A stretch of DNA of 59,968 bases, from the NCBI GenBank assembly GCA_036446455.1, contig JAZFSZ010000093.1, positions 1 through 59,968 of the forward strand, given 5' to 3'. Shown here in pieces: positions 9,498 through 19,398 of the stretch; position 1 is the stretch's first letter; each line of letters starts with the position of its first letter. The position numbers were made by a program, and so were the translations under genes. A model generated the notes under the pieces. The model was not told the DNA's origin. It did no database searches and saw only the letters and a list, made by a program, of their open reading frames with translations. This DNA comes from Acidiferrobacterales bacterium. Its GTDB lineage: Bacteria > Pseudomonadota > Gammaproteobacteria > Acidiferrobacterales > JAJDNE01.

Positions 9498-10217
9498 ATG
9501 GTATGCCCGGGTACCTCTTGCCCGGCTTGTATCCACCTTGTTTGCATGTTACCCATGCAGACGATGTCCCCGGTCAATACAGTCTCACCTTTGCTATCAT
9601 CTGCCCCGTTTACCTTGTGGGTAACGATACCGTATACAATTTTTCTCGTTATCCTGGTACCCGTTTACTGGGTCTATCTCGGCCCCCAGAATTTTCTCTG
9701 GGCTTGCGATATCGCCTTGTTCATGACCCTGTATGCGCTCTGGCGCCGTTCAGCCCTTGTGGCCAGCATGGCGGTGCTGGTTACCCTGATGCCGGATATC
9801 CTGTGGGTGGCTGATTACGTTGCGCGCGCTGTTAGTGGCAGTGACTTTCTGGGTATCGGTGCCACTGCATATATGTTTGAAAAGTCCGTGCCATTTTTTG
9901 TGCGCGCGTTATCATTTTTTCATTTTTTTCTGGCGCCACTGCTGGTGTGGATGATTTATCACATTGGGTATGATGTACGGGCATTACGCTGGCAAACTGG
10001 TGTTGCCTGGATTGTATTACCGGTAAGTTATTTTTTTACAGATCCTGTGCGCAACATCAACTGGGTTCATGGATTTGCCGGCATCCCGCCAGCGTGGATG
10101 CCACCGGTTGTATTTGTATTGCTTATTATGCTCGCGGTGCCAGTGCTTATATTCTGGCCAACGCATTGGTTGATGCAACGGTTATTTTTTGGAGCGAATA
10201 CATTCAAACGGGCATAG
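9498..10217 (+). CDS. Hypothetical polytopic membrane protein (start uncertain; ATGs at 9555 and 9564 are also possible)
   Basis: 239-aa ORF with 6-7 hydrophobic helices. No family recognised. Confidence 0.5.
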   Translation: MVCPGTSCPACIHLVCMLPMQTMSPVNTVSPLLSSAPFTLWVTIPYTIFLVILVPVYWVYLGPQNFLWACDIALFMTLYALWRRSALVASMAVLVTLMPDILWVADYVARAVSGSDFLGIGATAYMFEKSVPFFVRALSFFHFFLAPLLVWMIYHIGYDVRALRWQTGVAWIVLPVSYFFTDPVRNINWVHGFAGIPPAWMPPVVFVLLIMLAVPVLIFWPTHWLMQRLFFGANTFKRA

Positions 10218-10223
10218 GGAGGC

Positions 10224-10670
10224 CTACTTTGCCCGTAATACAATATCGAACCTGATTTCTTTCAATTTTTTGTTACCAATCCATTGGGTGCCAATGGATT
10301 CAAAGTCTCTGGCACTGACAATGAAGTGTATATGGGGAATTATGGCCGCGGGCCACTCGGTACGGAAACGGTAGCCCCCATTTTTGTCACTAAATAAATA
10401 TGCGCGCAATCGATCCTGGTACTGTCCATTTTCGCCCGCCTGCCAATGAGATATTCTGGCATTGGCAATGGGGCTACAGTCTCTTGCAGAAAGTATGTAA
10501 CCGGATACGATCAGCCCTTGACCAATATCAGTTTTTTGTGTCGTAACGGGCTGGTAGTGAGTGCCTGCGGTTCGGGCAACCGTAGCCGTGCAGTCACGTG
10601 CGAGTGCCGGTTGGCTCGCCAGTATCGCCAGCAATATGGTTGCCGCAGCAAAACGAATAATAGCGGACAT
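10224..10670 (-). CDS. Secreted intradiol-dioxygenase-like protein
   Basis: Signal peptide MSAIIRFAAATILLAILASQPALA. Core resembles the protocatechuate/intradiol dioxygenase fold (ARISHWQAGENGQY...GGYRFRT...PHIHFIV). Confidence 0.55.
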   Translation of the reverse strand: MSAIIRFAAATILLAILASQPALARDCTATVARTAGTHYQPVTTQKTDIGQGLIVSGYILSARDCSPIANARISHWQAGENGQYQDRLRAYLFSDKNGGYRFRTEWPAAIIPHIHFIVSARDFESIGTQWIGNKKLKEIRFDIVLRAK

Positions 10671-10744
10671 TGTGATTTCTTCCTTGGATTAGGGATAACA
10701 TTTTGACAGGTTCGCTACCCCAAGGTTCCCGCAGAAATTATCAA

Positions 10745-11584
10745 TCAGTAATCGGCAACGATATAATTTACCCAGGATTCCTGGTTTTCTTCTTCAGTGG
10801 TCTCGTAATAGTTTCCCGTGCCTTCGAGTTCCTCGTCATCGTCTTCATCTTCGACAAATTCTTCCCAGAAGACCCGTACTTTGCTGAAGCCAGCTTCCTT
10901 CAATAGTTCCGAAATTTCCGGGATGGTCCATAACCGCCAGTCGTAGGTAAAGGCCTTGCGAATTTCAGATCCGTCCGGGAAATTGAAATGAATGTAGCAC
11001 AGCATGTCATGTGTAATTGGATTAAATTTGTCCTGGTCCCAGACGAAGGTAAAGTCCTCGTCATCGACATCACGTTCCTCTTCCAGCTCGTCCATCGTTT
11101 CCGTGCCGCCAAAAATATCGAGAATAAGCATACCGTCTTCTTTCAGACCACGATGTGCGGCTTCAAAATAGGCGCGCAGCTCATCTCGTGCTTTGAAGAT
11201 GTTGTAACTGAAATTGAGGGCACAGGTGATGTCCGCTTTGTCACCAATATTTTCCAGCACGTTGGCGTTGATGAGCCTGACCCGTTCCGGCAGGCTGCCT
11301 CTGGCGGCATCGATATTGTGCCTGCGCCCCCATGCCAGCGTTGGCTCATCGAGATCGATGCCGATTGCAGTGCGGTCGGGATCACTCTCGCACCATTTGA
11401 CCGACAGCAGCGCTGTGCCGCAAAAATCTTCCCGCATAATCAGCGGTTTTTTATGGCGTAACTTGTTGTAGGTTTCGATGAAGAATTCGATATCTGCCTC
11501 AGGCGCCTGTACCGATTCCTGGTAGAGATCGTGAATGTCAGCGAGCTGTGCCTGTGTTCTGTTTTGGTTGTTTTTTGCGTTCAT
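10745..11584 (-). CDS. Class I SAM-dependent methyltransferase
   Basis: SAM-binding motif I (REDFCGTALLS...GIDLD). The internal ATG at 11584 (MNAKNNQ...) is the likely start. The 63-aa upstream extension of the track ORF looks non-coding. Confidence 0.7.
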   Translation of the reverse strand: MNAKNNQNRTQAQLADIHDLYQESVQAPEADIEFFIETYNKLRHKKPLIMREDFCGTALLSVKWCESDPDRTAIGIDLDEPTLAWGRRHNIDAARGSLPERVRLINANVLENIGDKADITCALNFSYNIFKARDELRAYFEAAHRGLKEDGMLILDIFGGTETMDELEEERDVDDEDFTFVWDQDKFNPITHDMLCYIHFNFPDGSEIRKAFTYDWRLWTIPEISELLKEAGFSKVRVFWEEFVEDEDDDEELEGTGNYYETTEEENQESWVNYIVADY

Positions 11585-12193
11585 GTCCTGTTCGATAATG
11601 CTGTTTTTGTTGTCTGAATGCCGGAAAGGCCGCCTATGGTAGACGTTTTCCCCGCTGGTGACCATGTATGACCGCCAGTACCTGCGCACGGCGATCCAGG
11701 CGCATATTGCAACGAATTCACTTTTGAGTATCGGAAATGGCGCCAAATACAGACCCGATTGGCGGGTTCGCAAGGCTAGCGGATTTGTGTCATTGCGCTA
11801 GACTTAAGCGACAGCGAATCGCTAATCACAAGGGTGCGCCCAAGGCGGCTGGACAGGGTAGTTGTTATTGATGCGTGGCCCCGTTTGTTGCCGATGCCGG
11901 TGTTTCTGTCGACGCAGCGTGACATTGGAGATGCTCGACATGGCACCGTTCGCACCCCAAGTACAAAATGACTAAAGTGCAGCGCTGAAGTTTCAATGCC
12001 TGGGCACTGAGCCCATGATTCACCCGCGCAAGATTGTCAATTTTAATATGGGTGATTATGCTAAATTGACCCATGATCTGCAAATTGTCCAGGCAAGTTA
12101 AAGGAAAAGTGAACATTGAATTGTTTGGCATGTTACCGAACGCGCTTCGATTTACCAAGTAACCGTTTATCTTGCCACCAGTTAGCAGCCACC

Positions 12194-14542
12194 GTGAAAC
12201 TCACTCAACTATCCATTAGAACCATACTTGCCGGCGCTATATTTGTGATCGGCAATCTCTCGATTGTGCTCGTATATATCAGCGGTGAAATCTTCGAGAA
12301 AAATGCACTGGCGCATGAAACGGAACTGGTCAAGCAACTGGTGACCAAGGATATTAATTCTCTAAAACGGGAGATTGAAAACGAAGCGCAATATATCTCC
12401 AATGCGCTGGAAGACAATCCGCCTTTCATAAAGGCGTTGACAGAACGAAACCAGAAGGAGGTAGCAAAGCATCTCAGGCAGAGGATGGACTCTTATCGTG
12501 AGTCAAACCGTGATGGTGCCATCAATAAACTTTTTGTTTATAGTCCCACATTTGAATTTATCGCCCAGTCACCTCAATCGGATTATCCCGGCTTAATCAC
12601 CCCGGGTATGTGTCCCCGGTTTCATGCACAGGCGTTGCGGATTGTGAGCGGAGAAAAAAACCCGGTAGTGCATGGTATCTGCCAGTCCGGTAATAAAGAT
12701 TATTTAGTTACCATTGTTCCATTGAACATTGCGGAGAGAAAAGGTTTCGTTGAAATAATCGCACTGCCTGGACAATATTTCTCAGCCCGGGAAAACCAAC
12801 TCGGGATGCCGATACAGGTTACCCTTGAGGACGGCAACACTATTTACGAGTCAGACAACTGGCCGGCTTCGCTTGAGGACGACACGCACCTGTTGGTGAC
12901 GGCCAAGCTCGCGCTCACCTCTGGTGGTAGCCCACTCCAGGTAAAGGTGGCATACAATGTAGAAAAGCTGCAGTCGGACTTGAGTCGTATCAGCTATTAC
13001 ATACTTGTCGCTGCCTCAGTAGTGACGATATTGGTAATCGTTGTAGCCGTTAACGTGGTGCAAAAAACCACCATTGATCCGATCATCGAGCTTAGCTATC
13101 AAGTGGGCAAAATACGCAAAGACCAGACGCAGCTGGGCACACGAATAGACGTGAAAGGCAACGCGGAAGTGTTTGAATTGGCGCAGGGTTTTAATGAAAT
13201 GACCGCCAAACTCAAGGCATCTCATGACAAGCTCAAGGAAATGGCGTTTATGGATCCATTGACAAAGTTGCCCAATCGCACCCTGTTTAGTGATCGTCTT
13301 GAGCAAGTCGTGTTGGCATCCCGGAGATCGGGACGGTCTTTTGCGGTATTCAGTATGGATCTGGATCGATTCAAGGAAATCAATGACACCGTAGGCCACC
13401 ATGTTGGCGATCTATTGCTGCAACAGGTGGGAGTGCGGCTGGTAGAGCAATTGCGCGAAAGCGATACCGTTGCCCGCCTGGGTGGCGATGAGTTTGGGGT
13501 GTTATTACAGAACGTTGACCAGCATTTTGCGTCGCAGACAGCTTTGGCGCTTCTGGAAAGTCTGCGCCAGCCTTTTGAGGTTGGTGGTGACCGACTTTAT
13601 ATCAGCGCCAGTATCGGCATCGCCTTGCATCCCCGGCATGGCGAAGACATGAGCATCCTGATGCAGCGGGCAGATGTTGCCATGTATGCGGCGAAAAGCG
13701 AGAAGAAAGGTTACACGGTCTACAACGCGGATCTGGATCGTGACAGCTCAAGCCGTGTGGCGCTGATGGGTGATTTGCGGGAAGCCGTCGAAAACAAGTC
13801 TTTCGAGTTGTATTATCAGCCGAAAGTAAATCTGAGGACGCAAGAGATCGAGGGTGTTGAAGCACTGGTTCGATGGCGCCACAATGGTCATGATGTGTCC
13901 TCACCTGAGATTTTTATTCCGATTCTGGAACAGACGGGTCAAATACGCAGCCTGACCCAGTGGGTACTTGAAAATGCCCTGCAGCAATACCAGAAGTGGA
14001 AAGAGCACGGCCTCAATACGTCAATCGCGATTAATCTATCGACACGTGATTTGCAAGATCCGGATATCCCCATCCGTATCTCCTCTCTTCTGGCGGACCA
14101 CCAGATAAGCTCAAAACGGCTGGAGCTGGAAATAACCGAAAGCTCCATTATGCACGATCCGATTCGTGCGCTCGACGCGCTGGGACATATCGCTGCCATG
14201 GGAATCAATATTACAATAGATGATTTTGGTACGGGCTACTCATCACTGTCGTACCTGAAGCGTTTGCCGGCCAACGCAGTGAAAATCGACAAGTCATTTG
14301 TTATTGGTATGGTGCAGGATCCCAACGACGCGGCAATTGTACGCGCCAGCGTTGATCTGGCTCACAATCTGGGTCTAAAGGTTGTTGCAGAAGGCGTCGA
14401 GAGTCAGGACGTCATGCAATTGCTGGAGGAGCAGGGGTGCGATGCTGCACAGGGATTTTATATTACCCGACCGCTTTCGGCGGACGATTTCGTGACTTGG
14501 TTGGAGAATAGCCCGTGGCCGTTACAGAAGATTGTTGGTTAA
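12194..14542 (+). CDS. Membrane sensor diguanylate cyclase/phosphodiesterase (periplasmic domain-HAMP-GGDEF-EAL)
   Basis: Canonical RESD...GGDEF (I-site plus A-site). EAL set is EALVRW, ELEITES, DDFGTGYSSLSYL, KIDKSF, AEGVES. Two TM helices flank a domain of about 260 aa. GTG 12194 was chosen as start; the ORF is open from TTG 12116. Confidence 0.85.
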   Translation: MKLTQLSIRTILAGAIFVIGNLSIVLVYISGEIFEKNALAHETELVKQLVTKDINSLKREIENEAQYISNALEDNPPFIKALTERNQKEVAKHLRQRMDSYRESNRDGAINKLFVYSPTFEFIAQSPQSDYPGLITPGMCPRFHAQALRIVSGEKNPVVHGICQSGNKDYLVTIVPLNIAERKGFVEIIALPGQYFSARENQLGMPIQVTLEDGNTIYESDNWPASLEDDTHLLVTAKLALTSGGSPLQVKVAYNVEKLQSDLSRISYYILVAASVVTILVIVVAVNVVQKTTIDPIIELSYQVGKIRKDQTQLGTRIDVKGNAEVFELAQGFNEMTAKLKASHDKLKEMAFMDPLTKLPNRTLFSDRLEQVVLASRRSGRSFAVFSMDLDRFKEINDTVGHHVGDLLLQQVGVRLVEQLRESDTVARLGGDEFGVLLQNVDQHFASQTALALLESLRQPFEVGGDRLYISASIGIALHPRHGEDMSILMQRADVAMYAAKSEKKGYTVYNADLDRDSSSRVALMGDLREAVENKSFELYYQPKVNLRTQEIEGVEALVRWRHNGHDVSSPEIFIPILEQTGQIRSLTQWVLENALQQYQKWKEHGLNTSIAINLSTRDLQDPDIPIRISSLLADHQISSKRLELEITESSIMHDPIRALDALGHIAAMGINITIDDFGTGYSSLSYLKRLPANAVKIDKSFVIGMVQDPNDAAIVRASVDLAHNLGLKVVAEGVESQDVMQLLEEQGCDAAQGFYITRPLSADDFVTWLENSPWPLQKIVG

Positions 14543-14545
14543 ATG

Positions 14546-14560
14546 GTTCCGCCTCCGGCG
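14546..14560. repeat. REP-like GC hairpin, copy 1 (GTTCCGCCTCCGGCG)
   Basis: Exact 15-mer repeated at 14637-14651. An inverted 14/16 copy lies at 15107-15122. Forms a CCGCC/GGCGG stem directly after the stop of the GGDEF-EAL gene. Confidence 0.7.
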
Positions 14561-14636
14561 GGATTGTCCCTTCTTCCTCCGGAGGTTTTGTAGGTTGGGT
14601 TGAAATATGAAGCCCAACGTTTCAGTTTTCTTTAAT

Positions 14637-14651
14637 GTTCCGCCTCCGGCG
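14637..14651. repeat. REP-like GC hairpin, copy 2
   Basis: Identical 15-mer to 14546-14560. Confidence 0.7.
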
Positions 14652-14724
14652 ACTTAACTTCTTCTAATCGGGTTCTCGCACCCGAGGGCATAAAGGCTCG
14701 CGTCGCAGGTTTTTGAGGAAGGGT

Positions 14725-14759
14725 GAGGGAACCCGTTAGGGCAAGTCCCCGGGTGTCCT
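14725..14759. repeat. 35-bp direct repeat, copy 1 (GAGGGAACCCGTTAGGGCAAGTCCCCGGGTGTCCT)
   Basis: Near-identical copy at 14989-15022, differing by one indel and one substitution. Confidence 0.75.
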
Positions 14760-14910
14760 GTACGAGTCAAGAACATAGGTAACACAACAGTACAGATACA
14801 TGGGTTAAGCAAAAAACCGGGACAGATTTATTTTCTCCAATTGCTGTGTGTACTGGTTGGTTTTCAAACCCCGTGGACACAGCCGACACAGGCGAAGAAA
14901 AATTCGGGAA

Positions 14911-14979
14911 GCGAGCCTCCTGCAGAGGCAAATATCACGATAGTGATATTCCGAGTTAGGCTCGCTTTGGGGATTTTTT
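14911..14979 (+). other. Nested stem-loop followed by a T-tract (candidate small RNA 3' end or terminator)
   Basis: Outer stem GCGAGCCT (14911-18) pairs with AGGCTCGC (14958-65). It encloses a perfect 8-bp hairpin, AATATCAC-GATA-GTGATATT (14931-50). TTTGGGGATTTTTT follows. Confidence 0.35.
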
Positions 14980-14988
14980 GAGTCTGGG

Positions 14989-15022
14989 GAGGGAACCCGT
15001 AGGGCCAGTCCCCGGGTGTCCT
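14989..15022. repeat. 35-bp direct repeat, copy 2
   Basis: GAGGGAACCCGTAGGGCCAGTCCCCGGGTGTCCT. It lies 264 bp downstream of copy 1. Confidence 0.75.
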
Positions 15023-15030
15023 TTCTTCTT

Positions 15031-15068
15031 GGTTACTTCTTCTTTAGACAAGTAAAGAAGAAGTAACC
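15031..15068. repeat. Perfect 16-bp inverted repeat (hairpin with a 6-nt loop)
   Basis: GGTTACTTCTTCTTTA-GACAAG-TAAAGAAGAAGTAACC, read directly. No flanking U-tract on either strand. Confidence 0.8.
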
Positions 15069-15106
15069 TGCTGCCGGTCAGCCACCGGCATATTTGCAGT
15101 TAAAAC

Positions 15107-15122
15107 CCGCCGAAGGCGAAAC
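15107..15122. repeat. REP-like GC hairpin, copy 3 (inverted orientation)
   Basis: CCGCCGAAGGCGAAAC matches the reverse complement of copy 1 at 14/16 positions. It lies 9 nt beyond the stop of the minus-strand ABC exporter gene. Confidence 0.6.
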
Positions 15123-15130
15123 ACCCAACA

Positions 15131-16939
15131 TTACGGTGCAGTGACCACCTCACCTATTTCAAATGCTTCTTCCTGCTGCTGCAACGCCCACATTTTTGCG
15201 TAGTGGCCATCCAGATCGAGCAGTTGCTGGTGGCTGCCTTGTTCAACGATGCGACCCTGGTCCATTACCAGTATTTCATCGGCGTCCATTATGGTTGACA
15301 GGCGATGGGCAATGACGAGTGTGGTGTGATCGCGTGCCACGTCCAGTAATTCCCGCTGAATCCGCTTTTCCGTAGCGGAATCCAGCGCCGATGTGGCCTC
15401 ATCAAATACCAGGATGCAGGGATTCTTTAAAATGGTGCGCGCAATGGCCACGCGTTGTTTTTCCCCGCCCGATAATTTCAGACCGCGTTCACCGACCTGG
15501 GTGTCATAGCCCTTCGGCAGGCTCTGCACAAATTCATGGATGTGGGCATGTTTCGCCGCCTGGATAATCTGTTCGTTACTGGCGTCGGGATTGCCGTAGG
15601 CGATGTTGTAGTAAATGCTGTCATTAAACAGCACCGTGTCTTGCGGCACGATGCCAATGGCAGCACGCACGCTAAGTTGCGTAACCTGGCGTATATCCTG
15701 TCCATCGATGAGGATGCGCCCGCGGGAGGCGTCATAGAAACGGAACAGGAGCCGCGACAAAGTCGACTTGCCGGCACCGCTATGGCCAACGACCGCCAGT
15801 TTCTTACCGGCAGGAATCTCGAAATTCATGTCGTATAATATTTGCCGATTTTTATCATATCCAAAGTCCACGTGCTCAAAGCGTACGCATCCTTCTGATA
15901 TTTTCAGGTCGGGTGCACCAGGCACATCCTCCACTTCGGAATTGGTTTCCAGCAGGCCAAACATGCGTTCCATGTCGGCCAGTGAATGCCGTATTTCACG
16001 ATAGACAAAACCAAGGAAATGCAACGGCATATAAAGTTGCAACAGGAAGGCGTTAATCATAACCAGGTCGCCCAGGGTCATGGTGCCATTCACTACACCT
16101 TGGCCAGCCAGTACCATCAATAGCGTCATGCCGATGGCGATAACTGCGCTTTGGCCGCTGTTGAGAAAGGACAACGATGTCTGGTTGCGCACTGCCGCCT
16201 TTTCCCATAACTTCATGCTGCTATCGTAGCGACGGGTTTCGTATTCTTCATTGCCGAAATATTTGACGGTTTCATAGTTCAACAGGCTGTCTATGGCCGA
16301 CGAATTGGCCTTGGAATCCATCTCGTTCATAGTGCGGCGGAACACCATGCGCCATTCCGTTACCATCAACGTAAAGGCAATATAGATGACCAGCGTACCA
16401 AGGATGATGAGGGTGAATATCACCTCATACTTGACTAGCAAGATAGCTGTCACCAGTCCGATTTCGAACAGGGTAGGAAGAATATTAAAAATCATGAAGT
16501 TCAGCAGGAATCGTATGCCTCCCGTGCCCCGTTCAATATCACGCGACAAACCGCCGGTCTGGCGTTCCAGGTGGAACCGTAATGAAAGCGCATGCAAATG
16601 GCGAAATACCTTGATGGCCACACGCCGGATTGATCGTTGCACTACCTTGGCAAATACAGCATCGCGCAGTTCGCTAAATAGTGCGTTGGCCAGCCTTAAA
16701 ACGCCGTAGGCAACCAGAAAGAAAATGGGGAGGGTCAGCAAGGCCTGTGATTTATCGAGGGCATCGATGACATCTTTCAACACCAACGGCACGGCGACAT
16801 TGGCAAGTTTGGCAATTGCCAGTAACGCCAGGGCGAACACCACGCGTCCCTTGAATTCCCATAAATAGGGAAGCAAGGTGCGAATGGTTTTCCAGTCGCT
16901 GCGATTTTCGGGAGCCGCCCCGTAGTGGCGTATACGCAT
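15131..16939 (-). CDS. ABC exporter, fused permease-ATPase, Atm1/HMT1-like
   Basis: 602 aa. Six-helix TMD followed by an NBD with Walker A GHSGAGKST, signature LSGGEKQR and Walker B ILVFDEATSALD. The N-terminal region resembles Atm1-type half transporters. Confidence 0.8.
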   Translation of the reverse strand: MRIRHYGAAPENRSDWKTIRTLLPYLWEFKGRVVFALALLAIAKLANVAVPLVLKDVIDALDKSQALLTLPIFFLVAYGVLRLANALFSELRDAVFAKVVQRSIRRVAIKVFRHLHALSLRFHLERQTGGLSRDIERGTGGIRFLLNFMIFNILPTLFEIGLVTAILLVKYEVIFTLIILGTLVIYIAFTLMVTEWRMVFRRTMNEMDSKANSSAIDSLLNYETVKYFGNEEYETRRYDSSMKLWEKAAVRNQTSLSFLNSGQSAVIAIGMTLLMVLAGQGVVNGTMTLGDLVMINAFLLQLYMPLHFLGFVYREIRHSLADMERMFGLLETNSEVEDVPGAPDLKISEGCVRFEHVDFGYDKNRQILYDMNFEIPAGKKLAVVGHSGAGKSTLSRLLFRFYDASRGRILIDGQDIRQVTQLSVRAAIGIVPQDTVLFNDSIYYNIAYGNPDASNEQIIQAAKHAHIHEFVQSLPKGYDTQVGERGLKLSGGEKQRVAIARTILKNPCILVFDEATSALDSATEKRIQRELLDVARDHTTLVIAHRLSTIMDADEILVMDQGRIVEQGSHQQLLDLDGHYAKMWALQQQEEAFEIGEVVTAP

Positions 16940-17059
16940 GATTGAGTGAATGTAAAAGATTCTCGAGCGCGCAGTTTACACGCGCGCTGTCGCCAACACG
17001 AGATACGATGCAGTTTAGTAGGAAATCCGCGCTGCTTTCAGGGGTTTGTAGACCGGTCG

Positions 17060-19273
17060 CTATTGCGACCAGGAGGGTGCCATTTCGTCCTCTGACAGGG
17101 TTGTTTCGTCTTCTGCCGCAAATTCGTAACTCATGTCTTCATGAGGTTGCTGGAAGTAATGACCTTGAACGAAATCAAATCCCAATGGCCATACCTCGGA
17201 AAGCGCAGTTGCATTCTCGATATGGGTGGCGACGGTACGGATAGCCAGTTGTTTTGCCATATCCATGACCGCGGCGAGAGCGCCGCTGTCTTTTGAGCTG
17301 CCCAGTTCGCTAACGATGTTGCCATCAAACTTGAGATACTTAATGGACTGACGCGGCAATTTCAACAAGGCATCGGTAACCGGTCCTGAATTGTCCAGCG
17401 AGATCTGGCATCCGGATTCACGTATTTGATCAATAAAACATGAAACCTGATCGAGGTTCTCGGCAACACGCGGGTGCGACATTTCGATAACCAGCTGACT
17501 GCCATCAATGCCGGTCTTTTTTATGGTGTTAATAATTAATGGGACCAGGTCGGAGTTGGTGAGATTGTAGGGAGAGATATTGACGAAATAACTAACGCGG
17601 CGTCCCTCTGCTTCTATGGCAGCGATCATCTCCAGAGTGCGCCGTACTACCCAACAATCAATGTCACCGATCTGGCCCGAGGCTTCCGCTTTGGGCATAA
17701 ACTCGCCCGGATTTATCAGTTCACCGTTGCTGCCGACCATGCGTACCAGTACTTCATACATTTCATCCGCATCACCGATCATGCTGACGATAGGCTGATA
17801 TACAAGACGGAAGTTGTCACTAGCCAGTGCAGCGGCGATCTCTGGATCACCGCTACCGAAGACCGCCGGAGTTGTCGTTAATTCTATCTTTGCACCTGAA
17901 ACCGATGGCACATTGGCAGGCGCGGTAATCTGTTCAAAGGCGGCGGGATCGCCAATGATTGCTGGCGCTGCCGGACTGGATTCTGACGGTATTGCATTTA
18001 CCTTGGTCCTGGCCTGCGGGCGCTGCCCTTTGCTCATGGCGACGGCCCTGGAAACGGCTTCATGCACGCTCTTGAGATCTCCGCTAATCAACACGCTGCC
18101 CGTAGCGCAGCCGCAGAGCTGTTTTTTATTACCCACAACAAAACTGCTTTTCGACAGAATGGCCTTCAATTCTTTCACCAGTTTATCCGCGGTTTCTGTG
18201 TCTGCACCTTCAAGCAGTATGGTAAGTTCTTCATCCCCAAATCGGGCCAGTATGACATCGGGTCCCAGGTGGTCGCGAAATAACCTGGTGATCTTGAGCA
18301 GGATGGCATCGCTAACGGTGTAACCCTGGGAATTGCTAATGTCCTCCAGCTCGAACAGATCAAAATAGATCAGCGAACTGATCGCACCATTCTTTTTAGC
18401 GTTGTTGTATGCCTGGGTCAGCGACTTGGTAAAGAAGTGTCGATTGTAGAGCCCCGTAAGGGCATCGCGCTGCGTGAGATATTGTAATCGATCTTCTGTC
18501 GCCTTGCGTGCAGAAATATCGGTAAACGTTATCTGAATGGTGTCTTCGCCCTTCAGTTTTACCGGCGCAAAAGCCGCTTCAATGTGGATCGTTTCGCCAT
18601 CCTGTCTGATTGCTTTCAGCGCCAGCGTTCCATTGAGCGATTTTCCCTTAGAAATTTTGCGCAGTGCGTCTTTGAATTTTTTCTGGTCCGTTGCGTCAAT
18701 CAGGTTCAGCACCGGTATGACTTCCAGGTCCTCCAGACTGTCGTAGCTAAACATTGACAAATAGGCGTTGTTAGCCTCGATGTGCATGCCTTCGTGGCAG
18801 TAACAAACGGCTTCTTGTGTTCCGGAGACCATGGCTTTGTGCTGGACTTCCATGTCGCCCACTTTTGACCGTGCCATTGTTAATTCACGTTTCATGTCGG
18901 CAACGGCGAGTTCTCGCCTTACAGCAGGTAACAGTCGCCCAACCTCGTTCTTGCGTACAACATCGCGTGCACCACTAGCCATAATGGAAGCAACGTCCTT
19001 ATCGCTGATGGAGCGGGTTACCACGATTAGAGGTGTACCTATTTTTTTGCGCTTCAGGGTGTCGAGAGCCATTTGTGCACTGAATTGCAGCAGGCTATAT
19101 TCGGATAAAACCAGATCCCAGGAGTCCTTCTGCAGCGCCGTTTCCATCCCGGTCAGGTTATATATCCGCTGGGTTTTTAGACGGAATCCTGCGGCGCGCA
19201 ACTGCCCCACCGGCAATTCAGAATCATCCGGCGAATCATCAATAATGAGCACGTTTAGAGCAGTGTTTTTCAT
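17060..19273 (-). CDS. Response-regulator receiver-PAS-GGDEF-EAL protein with degenerate catalytic motifs
   Basis: REC domain (VLIIDDSPDD...) and PAS. The GGDEF position reads RFGDEE. EAL positions read EVL, IEMSH, DNSGPV, HIEN. The ATG at 19273 (MKNTALNVLIIDD) is the likely start. Confidence 0.8.
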   Translation of the reverse strand: MKNTALNVLIIDDSPDDSELPVGQLRAAGFRLKTQRIYNLTGMETALQKDSWDLVLSEYSLLQFSAQMALDTLKRKKIGTPLIVVTRSISDKDVASIMASGARDVVRKNEVGRLLPAVRRELAVADMKRELTMARSKVGDMEVQHKAMVSGTQEAVCYCHEGMHIEANNAYLSMFSYDSLEDLEVIPVLNLIDATDQKKFKDALRKISKGKSLNGTLALKAIRQDGETIHIEAAFAPVKLKGEDTIQITFTDISARKATEDRLQYLTQRDALTGLYNRHFFTKSLTQAYNNAKKNGAISSLIYFDLFELEDISNSQGYTVSDAILLKITRLFRDHLGPDVILARFGDEELTILLEGADTETADKLVKELKAILSKSSFVVGNKKQLCGCATGSVLISGDLKSVHEAVSRAVAMSKGQRPQARTKVNAIPSESSPAAPAIIGDPAAFEQITAPANVPSVSGAKIELTTTPAVFGSGDPEIAAALASDNFRLVYQPIVSMIGDADEMYEVLVRMVGSNGELINPGEFMPKAEASGQIGDIDCWVVRRTLEMIAAIEAEGRRVSYFVNISPYNLTNSDLVPLIINTIKKTGIDGSQLVIEMSHPRVAENLDQVSCFIDQIRESGCQISLDNSGPVTDALLKLPRQSIKYLKFDGNIVSELGSSKDSGALAAVMDMAKQLAIRTVATHIENATALSEVWPLGFDFVQGHYFQQPHEDMSYEFAAEDETTLSEDEMAPSWSQ

Positions 19274-19398
19274 TAACGAGTTCAGCAATGCATCCCTGTA
19301 TAGACTACTATAGCGCGAAAAAGCTGGTGCAGCGCCCCAACTTATAAAATTAATATAGACCAAATACCGTGAGCTTAAACCCGGTAAAGTTTGGTGCC

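Noticed and set aside
9278-9577. 99-aa minus-strand ORF, and a 9-bp inverted repeat (CTGTTGCAT 9359-67 / ATGCAACAG 9436-44), in the amrA-membrane gene spacer
   Set aside because: The ORF has no SD, overlaps the start of the plus-strand membrane gene and shows no motif. The inverted repeat encloses a 68-nt loop with little further pairing, so the evidence for a structured RNA is weak.
14543-15130. CRISPR array?
   Set aside because: The repeats are of three different kinds, irregularly spaced, with at most 2-3 copies each and partly inverted. There are no cas genes in the window.
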